From contig MFLL01000010.1 in NCBI GenBank assembly GCA_001781335.1, positions 1-52,679 of the forward strand: DNA of 52,679 nucleotides, written 5' to 3'. The position numbers and the translations under genes were made by a program. The stretch comes from Candidatus Kaiserbacteria bacterium RIFCSPHIGHO2_02_FULL_55_25 (GTDB lineage: Bacteria; Patescibacteriota; Minisyncoccia; Phycocordibacterales; UBA2100). Positions 1 to 8,995 of this stretch are shown here, one piece after another; the first letter of the stretch is position 1; every line of letters starts with the position of its first letter. Below the pieces are notes generated by a model. That model made no database searches and had not been told where the DNA came from. It was given only the letters and a program-made list of their open reading frames with translations.

Positions 1-2
1 TC

Positions 3-1283
3 ACCATTGACGAATATCAGGATACGAATAAGTCGCAGTATGAAATCGCCCTCATTCTCGCGGGAGAGAAGAAAAATATTTGCGTCGTCGGCGACACCGA
101 CCAAAATATATATTCATGGCGCGGGGCTGACATCGAGCACCTGCTCGGATTCGAGACGTCGTTCCCCGGCACACGTGTCATCGTACTCGAACAGAACTAC
201 CGCTCGACGCGCACCATCCTCGCCGCCGCGAATTCGGTCATCGAGAAAAATCTCCGCCGCAAGCCGAAACATCTTTTCACCGACAATCCGACGGGCGAGC
301 CTATCGCACTCTATCCGGCACAGAATGAAATCGACGAGGCGTGGTTCGTCGCGCAAATCACACAGGAAGCAATAGGGCGGGGAGTGAACGCCGGCGAAAT
401 TGCCGTCCTCTACCGCGAAAATTTCCAATCGCGCGCGCTTGAGGAGGCGATGCTGCATTTCGGAATACCGTACCGCGTGCTCGGTACGAAATTTTTCGAG
501 CGCAAAGAAGTCAAAGACGTGCTCAGTTACCTACGCGCCGCGATGAACCCCAAGAGCGGCAACGATATCTCGCGCACGGTCGCCGTGCCGCCGCGCGGCA
601 TCGGCAAGGTGACCGTCGAGAAAATGTTGCGCGGGGAAGATGCGTCTCTTCCTGCCGCGACCCGCGCAAAAGTCACCGCATTCCGCGACACACTCGCACG
701 CATCAAGCACGCAATCGACACGTTGCCGACGGCGGAGGCCGTGCGGTATGCGGTGGAAACGAGCGGAATGGAAAAGATGTACGAAACGAAACGCTCGGCG
801 AAGTCCGACGACGAGGCGCAGGAGCGGCTCGAAAACATCCGCGAGCTGGTGAACCTTGCGACCAAATACGACCATGAACTTCCTCCGGGCGGCATCGAGC
901 GGCTCCTCGAAGAAGCCGCACTTCAGAGCGATCAGGACGAATTGCCCGAAGAAAAGAGCGCCGTCTCACTCATGACCGTACATGCATCCAAAGGATTGGA
1001 ATTCGATGCGGTTTTCGTTACGGGTCTTGAACAGGGGCTTTTTCCGTCGTTGCGCGAGGGAGAGAGCACGGACCGCGACCCCGAGGAGGAGCGCCGGCTC
1101 CTGTACGTGGCGCTGACGCGCGCACGCAAACAACTGTTTCTCACCTACGCCTCCGCCCGCATGAAATACGGCTCCCGCGAGTACACGCTACCCTCGGAAT
1201 TTCTCGACGACATAGACCAGCGCCTCCTCACAACGATTAACCTTTCGGGCGGCACGGAGAAAGAGGAGGAAATTCAGATATGA
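3..1283 (+). CDS. UvrD/PcrA-family SF1 DNA helicase, C-terminal part (5' end lies upstream of the window)
   Basis: Frame 3 is open from nt 3 and runs into the listed 384..1283 ORF. My translation of nt 3-383 gives TIDEYQDTNKSQYE (DExQ motif II), GDTDQNIYSWRGA (motif III) and QNYRST (motif IV). Later motifs: VHASKGLEFD and LYVALTRAR. Confidence 0.9.
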   Translation, partial: TIDEYQDTNKSQYEIALILAGEKKNICVVGDTDQNIYSWRGADIEHLLGFETSFPGTRVIVLEQNYRSTRTILAAANSVIEKNLRRKPKHLFTDNPTGEPIALYPAQNEIDEAWFVAQITQEAIGRGVNAGEIAVLYRENFQSRALEEAMLHFGIPYRVLGTKFFERKEVKDVLSYLRAAMNPKSGNDISRTVAVPPRGIGKVTVEKMLRGEDASLPAATRAKVTAFRDTLARIKHAIDTLPTAEAVRYAVETSGMEKMYETKRSAKSDDEAQERLENIRELVNLATKYDHELPPGGIERLLEEAALQSDQDELPEEKSAVSLMTVHASKGLEFDAVFVTGLEQGLFPSLREGESTDRDPEEERRLLYVALTRARKQLFLTYASARMKYGSREYTLPSEFLDDIDQRLLTTINLSGGTEKEEEIQI

Positions 1284-2074
1284 CGAGACGCGGGGCAAGA
1301 CTCGGACAGCATTTCCTCAAGCACGGTTGGGCCGCGCGTTCACTTGCACACGCCGCCGGTATTCGCAGTGGAGAAACGTTTCTTGAAATCGGGCCGGGCA
1401 AAGGAATTCTGACCAAGGAACTGCTCGCACTCGCACCCGTCGTCGCGATAGAGAAAGACGAGGCACTCGTTGAGCAGTTGAGAGTCATGTTTGCCGAAGA
1501 CATCGCCACCGGCAGATTGCGGCTTGTTACCGGCGACGTGCGCGACGTGACGCCGGAGAGTCTCGGACTTCCAACGTACGTACTCGCCGCAAACATTCCG
1601 TACTACATAACAGGGGAGATAATCCGCCAATTTCTCACCGCGAGCGTGCAGCCGCGTGCGATGGCACTCTTGGTGCAAAAAGAGGTGGCTCAACGCATAG
1701 TGAGCGGCAAAGAAAGTATTCTTTCGCTCTCGGTAAAAGCGTACGGCACGCCGCGGTTGGTGGAAAAAGTATCGCGCACTCACTTTTCTCCGCCACCCTC
1801 CGTTGATTCCGCGATACTTGCCGTCACTGACATCTCAAAGAAGTTCTTTGACACCATATCGGAAGAAAACTTTTTCCGAGTCGTTCGTGCCGGGTTCGCA
1901 TCGAAACGCAAAATGCTCGCCAACAACCTCGCCGTTATTTTTGACAAGGTACGCGTCGGGGAAGCGTTGCGCTCATGCGATATTCCGGAAAAGGCACGCG
2001 CGGAGGATGTGTCGCTGGAGAAGTGGAAGAGACTCACGCTTCAGCTCACTCCTACAAACTCGTTCCTAACATAG
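1280..2074 (+). CDS. rsmA: 16S rRNA (adenine1518/1519-N6)-dimethyltransferase RsmA/KsgA
   Basis: GQHFL...ETFLEIGPGKGILTKELL SAM-binding motif, ANIPYYITGEI, ~264 aa. ATGA overlap with the helicase stop. Confidence 0.9.
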   Translation: MTRRGARLGQHFLKHGWAARSLAHAAGIRSGETFLEIGPGKGILTKELLALAPVVAIEKDEALVEQLRVMFAEDIATGRLRLVTGDVRDVTPESLGLPTYVLAANIPYYITGEIIRQFLTASVQPRAMALLVQKEVAQRIVSGKESILSLSVKAYGTPRLVEKVSRTHFSPPPSVDSAILAVTDISKKFFDTISEENFFRVVRAGFASKRKMLANNLAVIFDKVRVGEALRSCDIPEKARAEDVSLEKWKRLTLQLTPTNSFLT

Positions 2075-2366
2075 TAATCATGATTCCTGCGCGCACATCA
2101 ATCGGGAGAATTGAGATGATGCAATAGTAGGGTGCTCCCGCGAGACCGAGAAGCCACTGGCCGGCATGCGTCGGCGGGCCGTTCTTGTAGGTTTTCGTGG
2201 ACGGCGTCCATATGTACACGCCGCCGCGCGGCGGACCGACGTAGGCGATGATGGCGTTGTTGTAACAGGGCGAGACCTGCGACGCCTGCCCGCCGAAAGG
2301 AAAGGCGAGTGCGAGTGCGGGAAAGAGGAGAGTCACTATTGCGACTGCAGTAGCCGGAGCGCGCAT
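2052..2366 (-). CDS. small secreted hypothetical protein (signal peptide, two Cys)
   Basis: MRAPATAVAIVTLLFPALALA signal-like N-terminus. TATACT box 7 nt upstream of the ATG on the minus strand. Convergent 23-nt overlap with the rsmA 3' end. Confidence 0.45.
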   Translation of the reverse strand: MRAPATAVAIVTLLFPALALAFPFGGQASQVSPCYNNAIIAYVGPPRGGVYIWTPSTKTYKNGPPTHAGQWLLGLAGAPYYCIISILPIDVRAGIMITMLGTSL

Positions 2367-2438
2367 GCACTACAGTATACGGCATCAGAGGTGGCCCGTG
2401 CGCTATAGTCGCTCCGCTCGTTTAGCCGTCGCTCTCTC

Positions 2439-2464
2439 GGACAAGGGAACAAGTTCCCTTGTCC
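2439..2464. promoter_or_regulatory. perfect 12+12 palindrome GGACAAGGGAAC-AA-GTTCCCTTGTCC in the divergent intergenic region ahead of the T4SS-like operon
   Basis: Read directly from the sequence. Lies between the minus-strand ORF start (2366) and the plus-strand ORF start (2496). Confidence 0.5.
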
Positions 2465-2495
2465 CTCGGTTCGCTAGGCTATACTTCTTCTATAT

Positions 2496-3380
2496 ATGGA
2501 ATGGGCGCACGAACATCCGTATCTGTCGGCCCTGATTGCAGCGGGTGCATTCCTCGTGTTCGGCGTACTCGTGGTGGGATACCGCGCAGCACAACCGCAG
2601 GGCGGCAGCCTGCAGGTGTGGGGAGGCGGACCAAACGCGCTTTTAAATCCGACATCATATGAACCCGGAGCTACGGTGGGCATACAAACGGATATCATCG
2701 GTGGCGGGAACGCACCGGTATTCAGCGTATTGCGACCGCAACAGCAAATCGAAGCGCAAAATGAGGCGGGCGGGGGATTTGATATTTCTCTGTTCATCGC
2801 GGGACTTTCTCAACCGAGCACGGATACCGCGACGACGCCTGTTTCGAGCCAGCCGGATTTGAGTCTCGCATATTCTTTCATTCCCAGCGGGCTTGTCGCG
2901 ACGACGACACCCGGACCGAAGCGAGGTGTACTGCAGGAATCGCTCTATCAGTACGGCAACGACGTGGGGTCGTACATATCCACGTACGAGAGCGCGAGCG
3001 TAAATACCGGACAGGTGCTCACGGACCAAGTGCACGACCGGCGGAACGCGCAAAAAGCGCAGGCGGTACGCAATATAGGGACGGCACTGCAAACGGCCGG
3101 AAAGAATCTACAGGGAATCGAAGCCGTCCCCTCGATAGTGTCTTCGGCGCACGTAGCGCTCGCGGAGAGTTACATAGAAGCCGGTATCAGTCTCTCCAAA
3201 GTGCCCGACGCACAGAGCGACGGGGACTTCATCGCCGCGATACAGGACTACAATACCGCCGCCGAACAGCTCGGGCGCAATTATGTCGCGCTCGCGAACG
3301 TGTTTGCGGGTACGGGCGTGAGATTCTCGCCGCAGGACCCGGGGTCGGTGTTTATTTTCTCGGGGGGCAGTGGACTCTAG
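2496..3380 (+). CDS. hypothetical N-terminally membrane-anchored protein (first gene of the T4SS-like operon)
   Basis: One TM helix (LSALIAAGAFLVFGVLVVGY) followed by a Ser/Thr/Gln-rich then helical ectodomain. TATACT 11 nt upstream of the ATG. Confidence 0.6.
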   Translation: MEWAHEHPYLSALIAAGAFLVFGVLVVGYRAAQPQGGSLQVWGGGPNALLNPTSYEPGATVGIQTDIIGGGNAPVFSVLRPQQQIEAQNEAGGGFDISLFIAGLSQPSTDTATTPVSSQPDLSLAYSFIPSGLVATTTPGPKRGVLQESLYQYGNDVGSYISTYESASVNTGQVLTDQVHDRRNAQKAQAVRNIGTALQTAGKNLQGIEAVPSIVSSAHVALAESYIEAGISLSKVPDAQSDGDFIAAIQDYNTAAEQLGRNYVALANVFAGTGVRFSPQDPGSVFIFSGGSGL

Positions 3381-3398
3381 AGTGTTTTCCCGCCCCGT

Positions 3399-4268
3399 GT
3401 GGGCAAAGACACGAAAACGCCTTATCTCACGGGGTATACTTGTAGTGTGCGCGTACTGCAACAAATATTCCGGTCTCCGCTGGGGGTGACTGCCGCACTT
3501 TCCGTGGCGCTCCTGCTCGGCGTCTCGGTCTCCCAGATTTCCTCACTTATGCAACAAAACCAACAGGTGCTCGCATTTGTCGCCACGCCGGCGGCACAAA
3601 CAGCTACGGCTGAAGGCGCCGACTGGCAACAGGAAATGACCCTACTCGGACTGAATACCGAAAATAATCCGGCTGCGACTTCAACCGCCGACAGTATCGC
3701 GATGATTGGCCAGATAGTCATCGCCGAAATGGTGGGACAGTACGCGGGCATGCAGGATAGGGGGTCGTATACCGCAGAGACCGTGCAAAACGCATCCGCA
3801 AACATCGCCGCGAATCTCCGCGCGAATATTTTGTACAAAACATACTCGACGACCGACTTCAAAACAGACACGGATATTTCCTACGACCGCATGCTTACGT
3901 ACCGGAGTGACTTGCGTGCGGCACTCGCGCCGCTTTTGCAAAATACCGGCTCCGAATTGGAACTGTACGGCAAATATATTGAAACGGCCGACGCCAACTA
4001 TCTCGGCCAACTCTCCGCGGCCGCCGGCAATTATCGCGCGGCGGCGGAGCAGGCCGCGGCGCTCACCATCCCGCGCGATGCGGTAAATTATCACAAAGAC
4101 ATTTTGAACGCGATGGAACAATTCTCCGCGACGCTCGACAAAATGGCGACGCACGCCACCGACCCGCTCGCCTCCGCCGCGCTCTTGCGTACGTTCAACC
4201 AAGCCGAGACAACTATGTACACTTCGTTCAACGCGCTCTCGCGCTACTACTCGCAGAAAACGCCATGA
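3399..4268 (+). CDS. hypothetical membrane-anchored protein, same architecture as the preceding gene
   Basis: GTG start in the track. TM helix (VTAALSVALLLGVSVSQI), then an Ala/Thr/Tyr-rich helical domain. The 3' end overlaps the next gene by 4 nt. The exact start is uncertain. Confidence 0.55.
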   Translation: MGKDTKTPYLTGYTCSVRVLQQIFRSPLGVTAALSVALLLGVSVSQISSLMQQNQQVLAFVATPAAQTATAEGADWQQEMTLLGLNTENNPAATSTADSIAMIGQIVIAEMVGQYAGMQDRGSYTAETVQNASANIAANLRANILYKTYSTTDFKTDTDISYDRMLTYRSDLRAALAPLLQNTGSELELYGKYIETADANYLGQLSAAAGNYRAAAEQAAALTIPRDAVNYHKDILNAMEQFSATLDKMATHATDPLASAALLRTFNQAETTMYTSFNALSRYYSQKTP

Positions 4269-5905
4269 GAATTCACAGCGGCATACTCATAGCACTGTTT
4301 GTCCTCGCACCTGCGCTCGCGTTTGCGCAATCCGACAGTCCCCCTTCATTTTCCCGGGAAGGAGTGTTCGGTTGCAGTCAGACCGGCTCATATTCCATGT
4401 CGGTCGGCGCGCTCTCGGCGGTGGGCGGGGCGTTCGTGCCGGTCAACGACGCCGCGGTGACGCTCAATACCGGCTATCTCGTCTACAAAGAGTGCGTCCT
4501 GCGCGGCATCGTGGACAGAATGCGCGAAAACGCGACCGCAAACCTCCAGCGCCAAATCCTCGTCGCCTACCAGCGCGGCCGCAACGGCCAGCCGCTCTTT
4601 TCGCAGAGTATTCCGCTCGAATCGCGTGCCGTTAGCGACAAAGCCGTTCTCGACTACACTCAGAGCGGTCAGTTCAACGGTCTCAACCCCGCACTCCGGC
4701 AGGCGGTTTCGCGCGCAGTAGTGCAAAACTATATGGCCGCGCGCAACAAACCCAACGCGGCGTACGGCTGTTCGTACGCGGGGAACCTCAACTCGGTCTA
4801 CAGCGGCAATCCCGACGGCGGCGCGTGGGCGGGACTCTCCGCTCTGCAAAATCCGGCGTGTGACCCGATATTTGCATACAACATTGCGAACGAGCAGGTT
4901 CTCGGCTCTGCCGCATACGCGGTGAACAACATGCTCACGCGCCTTGAGTGGGACAACGGCAATTACCCTGTGATGGGCACCGATGCCGACGGCAACCCCA
5001 TCGTGCTCACCCCCGGCTCTATCGTCGGCGCGAACGCTCTGCAGGCACTACAAACCGGATTCGACCAGCTCGCGCGCGCCAACGATATCGACCAGATGGT
5101 GGGCGCGCTGTTCGCCGGCATCACGTCGCAGGTCATCGGAGACAACAAGGGTCTTGTCGGACTCACCAAGCCGACCGGCGGCATCCCGAGCTACCTCGAT
5201 CAGGTGGTGTCGCAGTCCGCGCAGGGGCTCCGCAACAGCGCCATCAATGCGGGCATCGGCATACTCGTGGCACAGCAAAAAATCGAAAATCAGATACTCG
5301 GTTTTGCAAAAATGATTCTCGACAAAATCACGGCAATCGCGCGAGCGCTCCAGACGAAAGAAAACGCCTGCTGGGCGCTTGTCGTCAGCAGTGTCTGCAC
5401 GTCTTCGCTCGCCGCCGACAACACGTGCACGGACGACACCGGTAGCAAGTACAAAGTAGCGACATCAACCTTCCAGTTCACGCAGAAGGCGCTGGATGCC
5501 TCGCAAGTCGCCGCCTACCAGCGGGTACATCAGCAGGTCGCGAGCTCCTCGCAAATCATTCTTACGCAAATCGGCGTGCTCATCGCCCAACTCACCGACA
5601 CATCTTCGTACACCGCCCAGCTCGCCGCGCTTCAGGCGCTCGACAGGCTCGCAGGGAGGCTCGCGAACGACGGCATCGTGTTCCACACGCCGCAGGATGT
5701 GACCAACGAGCAGAGCGCGGCCGGTACGCTTGTGGGGCAAAACGGCGGCTCGGGCACGCTCGACCAGCTCGTCACCGACACCGTGGCGGCGTGGGCGGAT
5801 TCGACCGTCACCAAGACCGGTTGGTGCAATGTCACCAGAGCGCCGGTCGTGGATGCGTGGAAAGACTGCTGGAGACAGGGAAGCACCTCATGCCTATGGC
5901 CGTAA
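4265..5905 (+). CDS. hypothetical secreted protein, 546 aa
   Basis: Signal peptide MRIHSGILIALFVLAPALAFAQ, multiple conserved-looking Cys. ATGA overlap with the upstream gene. Confidence 0.65.
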   Translation: MRIHSGILIALFVLAPALAFAQSDSPPSFSREGVFGCSQTGSYSMSVGALSAVGGAFVPVNDAAVTLNTGYLVYKECVLRGIVDRMRENATANLQRQILVAYQRGRNGQPLFSQSIPLESRAVSDKAVLDYTQSGQFNGLNPALRQAVSRAVVQNYMAARNKPNAAYGCSYAGNLNSVYSGNPDGGAWAGLSALQNPACDPIFAYNIANEQVLGSAAYAVNNMLTRLEWDNGNYPVMGTDADGNPIVLTPGSIVGANALQALQTGFDQLARANDIDQMVGALFAGITSQVIGDNKGLVGLTKPTGGIPSYLDQVVSQSAQGLRNSAINAGIGILVAQQKIENQILGFAKMILDKITAIARALQTKENACWALVVSSVCTSSLAADNTCTDDTGSKYKVATSTFQFTQKALDASQVAAYQRVHQQVASSSQIILTQIGVLIAQLTDTSSYTAQLAALQALDRLAGRLANDGIVFHTPQDVTNEQSAAGTLVGQNGGSGTLDQLVTDTVAAWADSTVTKTGWCNVTRAPVVDAWKDCWRQGSTSCLWP

Positions 5906-8370
5906 CTATGATCAAGACCTCCTTCTCGGCATCAAGTCTCGTGTTCCTCTTAGTCACCTTGGCGACTCTCATACCTACGCCCGCAGATGCTCTAACTCAA
6001 ATGAGTTGCGACCCTCCGATGACCTTGCAGCGAGTGCAAGGAAGCATGTGGGTAGGATATTCGTGGACATGGCAATGTGTAGACACCAACTCCGGACAGA
6101 CTGCCGCCGCAAAGGAAAAAGAGGTGTCGACGTGCGATCCGGGCTTTCGTCAGGAGAGAGGAACGATGCAAGGGGAACTTTCAGAGGGCAATCTTTGTGT
6201 TCCAGAATCAACCCCCCAGAGTACTGACGCGAAAGCAGTTTACACGGGACCTACTAGTTGCTCTGCAACGTGGGACAAAATGACAAACCCCGGAACCTGT
6301 CTATTCCGCGCGGCAATGGCCGGGCTCGGTTCAGTGCTCATTACGCTCACCGCTTGGCTATTGAAAGTTGTTGGCCTTCTTTTTAACTACCTGTTGTGGT
6401 ACACCGTTATCGCCTTTGGCGACTCAACCAACGGCTTTTTGACTAAAGACATCCTCACGGGGATCAACACCACTTGGACCGTCTTCAGGGACATCGCAAA
6501 TATTCTCATCATCGGCCTCTTTACCTTTATCGCCATCTCTACCATTCTCGGCAATCACGAATTCGGTGCCAAGAAGATGCTTGCGAAAGCGCTTATCATT
6601 GCAGTCCTCATCAACTTCAGCCTCCTTTTCACCAAGATGATAATCGATGTTTCCAACTTCACCGCCTATCAGTTTTATGCGGCCGCCGGCGGTACTATCG
6701 GCGTAACTAAGCCTGCAGACAGCGGAGGAACACTTTCATTCAAACAGGACGGTATAGGTGGGACGTTTATCAAATTTCTTGGAGTTACAAGCATAAGCGA
6801 TACGTTTGATAAACTTAAAAGCGGCGCGGATGCACAAGACAGCGGCTGGATTACTCTTCTGCACGGGCTTTTTGGAGCAACGATGCTACTTGCTACAGCG
6901 CTTGTCTTTCTTTACGGCAGTTTTTTGCTCGTGAGCCGCGCGATACTTATTGTCTTTCTGCTCATCACGTCGTCGCTCGCATTCGCGGCGTACCTTCTGC
7001 CGAAAAGTATTCAGGGCTCATACGGATGGAGCACGTGGTGGAACTCGCTGGTGAAAACCGCAGTGTTCGCACCGCTTCTCATGATGTTTCTTTGGGCTAC
7101 CATAAATCTTGCAACGAAATTGAACCCGGGCGGCAAAGGAACATTAGGGGCACTCATGACCGACCCGACCAACGGAGGAAATCTTAGCGCACTCTTCGGC
7201 TACATCATTATTCTCGGACTTCTTTTCGCCTCATTCCAAATCTCGAGCAGTTTTTCCTCAAAAATCGCGGGCTTCAATCTGGCCGCGCTCATACCCGCGA
7301 TTGGTCTCGGAGCAGTTGCGGGAATCGGTGGATTCCTTGGCCGGCAAGCAATCGGCCGACCCGCTATGGCTATTGGCGAAAGGCTTCAGAATCGATCGGG
7401 AGCAACAAGCAATGCATTTGCCAAGCGCATGTATGATCTTGGTGCGCAGGGCTTTAAGTCGGTTTCCAAGCGGGACTTTAACGCCATGCGAACCGGCTTG
7501 GGCACTGCGGTAGCGGGCACGGCAGGAAAGAAGGTGGATGAGCTGGTGGGCAAGGCCGTCGGAGGCTTCGAAGGCTCGCAAAAGGCGTTCTTGAAGCGCA
7601 CGGCAGAGATGGCGCGTCGCACGAAACCCGACGACGAGACAAAAGAAAAGGGGCAGCAGGACGCGAGAGACAAGGTCACTAGAACAGATATTGATCAGGC
7701 TTACAAGGCCGCTATGGCAGAAAACGAACACCGCGATCGCGCTGCCGAGCATGAGGACGTTAAAGAGGCTCTCCAGCAATACAAGGAAACTAGCGAGCAG
7801 GCGATTAACGAAATGCGGAAGGGTGTTTCCGAAGCGTTTGAACGAACGCAGAGAAGCCCCGGCGACCAAGCAGCTCAAGCCGATCTTCAGCGGATGAAGC
7901 AGCGAGTGCAGACGGCAGAAGCTGAGCAAGAGCGCCAAATTACAGAACAATCGGAGCACATACGAGGTGCGCAGAAATTGGTCGCGAAAGCCGCTCGCAA
8001 AATAGAGGGCGTCGACAAAGATCTTAATGAGGTCGCCAAAGACGCCGGATACAATCGGTGGGCGTTCCAAACTGCGGGCGATAGGGCGAAAGATCTGGCA
8101 GGAGGATTTTCGGCACTTCTCTACGCAAGCGGAGTCAGCAAGAAAAGTAGAGAAAAGCTGGCGGCAAAAGCGGCGAAAGAGGCCGGGAAGCAAGAGCGTC
8201 AGCAGAATTTCAAAGAAAAGTACGGGGACGCACTTAAAGAGATGATGAAAGAGGACGAACATGCAAAAGAAACGCCGAGAGCGGCGGCACCGGCGGCTCG
8301 CGCCGAGCCGGCTCGTAGTGACCACCCTGCAGAACCGTCAGGCGGTGGAGATCACGGAGAACGTCATTAG
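5890..8370 (+). CDS. VirB6/TrbL-like polytopic membrane protein with Cys-rich ectodomain and long K/E/A/Q-rich C-terminal tail
   Basis: Signal/TM at MIKTSFSASSLVFLLVTLATLIPTPADA. Cys-rich ~130 aa, then about 7-8 hydrophobic helices (aa ~190-560 of the track ORF), then ~270 aa of a charged coiled-coil-like tail. In-frame ATGs at 5890, 5896 and 5908, the last one just after the upstream stop at 5903-5905. The track start at 5791 overlaps the upstream gene and is unlikely. Confidence 0.55.
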   Translation: MPMAVTMIKTSFSASSLVFLLVTLATLIPTPADALTQMSCDPPMTLQRVQGSMWVGYSWTWQCVDTNSGQTAAAKEKEVSTCDPGFRQERGTMQGELSEGNLCVPESTPQSTDAKAVYTGPTSCSATWDKMTNPGTCLFRAAMAGLGSVLITLTAWLLKVVGLLFNYLLWYTVIAFGDSTNGFLTKDILTGINTTWTVFRDIANILIIGLFTFIAISTILGNHEFGAKKMLAKALIIAVLINFSLLFTKMIIDVSNFTAYQFYAAAGGTIGVTKPADSGGTLSFKQDGIGGTFIKFLGVTSISDTFDKLKSGADAQDSGWITLLHGLFGATMLLATALVFLYGSFLLVSRAILIVFLLITSSLAFAAYLLPKSIQGSYGWSTWWNSLVKTAVFAPLLMMFLWATINLATKLNPGGKGTLGALMTDPTNGGNLSALFGYIIILGLLFASFQISSSFSSKIAGFNLAALIPAIGLGAVAGIGGFLGRQAIGRPAMAIGERLQNRSGATSNAFAKRMYDLGAQGFKSVSKRDFNAMRTGLGTAVAGTAGKKVDELVGKAVGGFEGSQKAFLKRTAEMARRTKPDDETKEKGQQDARDKVTRTDIDQAYKAAMAENEHRDRAAEHEDVKEALQQYKETSEQAINEMRKGVSEAFERTQRSPGDQAAQADLQRMKQRVQTAEAEQERQITEQSEHIRGAQKLVAKAARKIEGVDKDLNEVAKDAGYNRWAFQTAGDRAKDLAGGFSALLYASGVSKKSREKLAAKAAKEAGKQERQQNFKEKYGDALKEMMKEDEHAKETPRAAAPAARAEPARSDHPAEPSGGGDHGERH

Positions 8371-8386
8371 TCGGTAGATACATTAT

Positions 8387-8983
8387 ATGAGCGACGACAA
8401 AGAATTTGACGACTTGATAAAAGAGCGATTCAAAGAATTGCCCCGCGTTGTGCAGGAGGCCATTGTCTCCGCTGACGTCGAGAAACATTTGCGAGAGTTG
8501 GCAGAAACAAACAAACTACATCTCGACCAATGGACGTCGCTTGAGGACGTGGTGCAAATGACCCTGCTGGGACTTGAGGACTCCGGCGAGCTCATGCAGA
8601 ACATTCGAGATAGGGTTCACGTACCAGAGGAGACGGCACAAACTCTAGCCAAGAGCGTCTCCGAGATCGTCTTCGAGCCCATCAGACAGGAGTTGGAGCG
8701 GCAACTTGAGCACCCCGATGCGGTCGCGAAGGCGACGAGCGGGGTAGAGGACATGCGCGCGAGCATCCTTGCCGACGCGTCAGAGCATTCCGCCCCTGCT
8801 CCCGCCGCCGTAGCTACGCCTGCAATTCCACCTACACCTGCTATTGCGCCCGCCACACCGCCCGCGCCGGCACCAACAGTGAAGGTGGAGCGCGCATCGT
8901 CGGCCCCGCCATCATACGTCTCCGGCCCAAGCCACGAGCGCAAAGCGATAGAAGGCGACCCGTACAGAGAGCAGCTCGACTAG
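8387..8983 (+). CDS. hypothetical acidic protein with Pro/Ala-rich C-terminus
   Basis: 198-aa ORF in operon orientation. No TM segment. C-terminal APAPAAVATPAIPPTPAIAPATPPAPAP low-complexity tract. Confidence 0.55.
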   Translation: MSDDKEFDDLIKERFKELPRVVQEAIVSADVEKHLRELAETNKLHLDQWTSLEDVVQMTLLGLEDSGELMQNIRDRVHVPEETAQTLAKSVSEIVFEPIRQELERQLEHPDAVAKATSGVEDMRASILADASEHSAPAPAAVATPAIPPTPAIAPATPPAPAPTVKVERASSAPPSYVSGPSHERKAIEGDPYREQLD

Positions 8984-8995
8984 TCGAGTTGCTCA

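Noticed and set aside
7-375. 122-aa plus-strand ORF at the left edge.
   Set aside because: A different frame of the same strand (frame 3) carries the canonical UvrD motifs II-IV and is continuous with the 384..1283 ORF.
7258-8325. 355-aa minus-strand ORF antisense to the VirB6-like gene. Similar long antisense ORFs occur at 10047-10767, 13993-14742, 21916-22926, 23383-24150, 33584-34279, 35496-36686, 37466-38080, 50270-50992 and 51285-52230.
   Set aside because: Each lies fully inside a gene with strong family motifs or clear secreted-protein architecture on the other strand. Their translations are Arg/Ser/Cys/Pro-rich low complexity, typical of shadow ORFs in GC-rich DNA.
8975-8988. 14-nt palindrome CTCGACTAGTCGAG overlapping the stop codon of gene 8387..8983.
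   Set aside because: It is a short 6-bp stem with a 2-nt centre, too small to be a stable hairpin or a distinctive operator. It is overshadowed by the adjacent 30-bp inverted-repeat arm.
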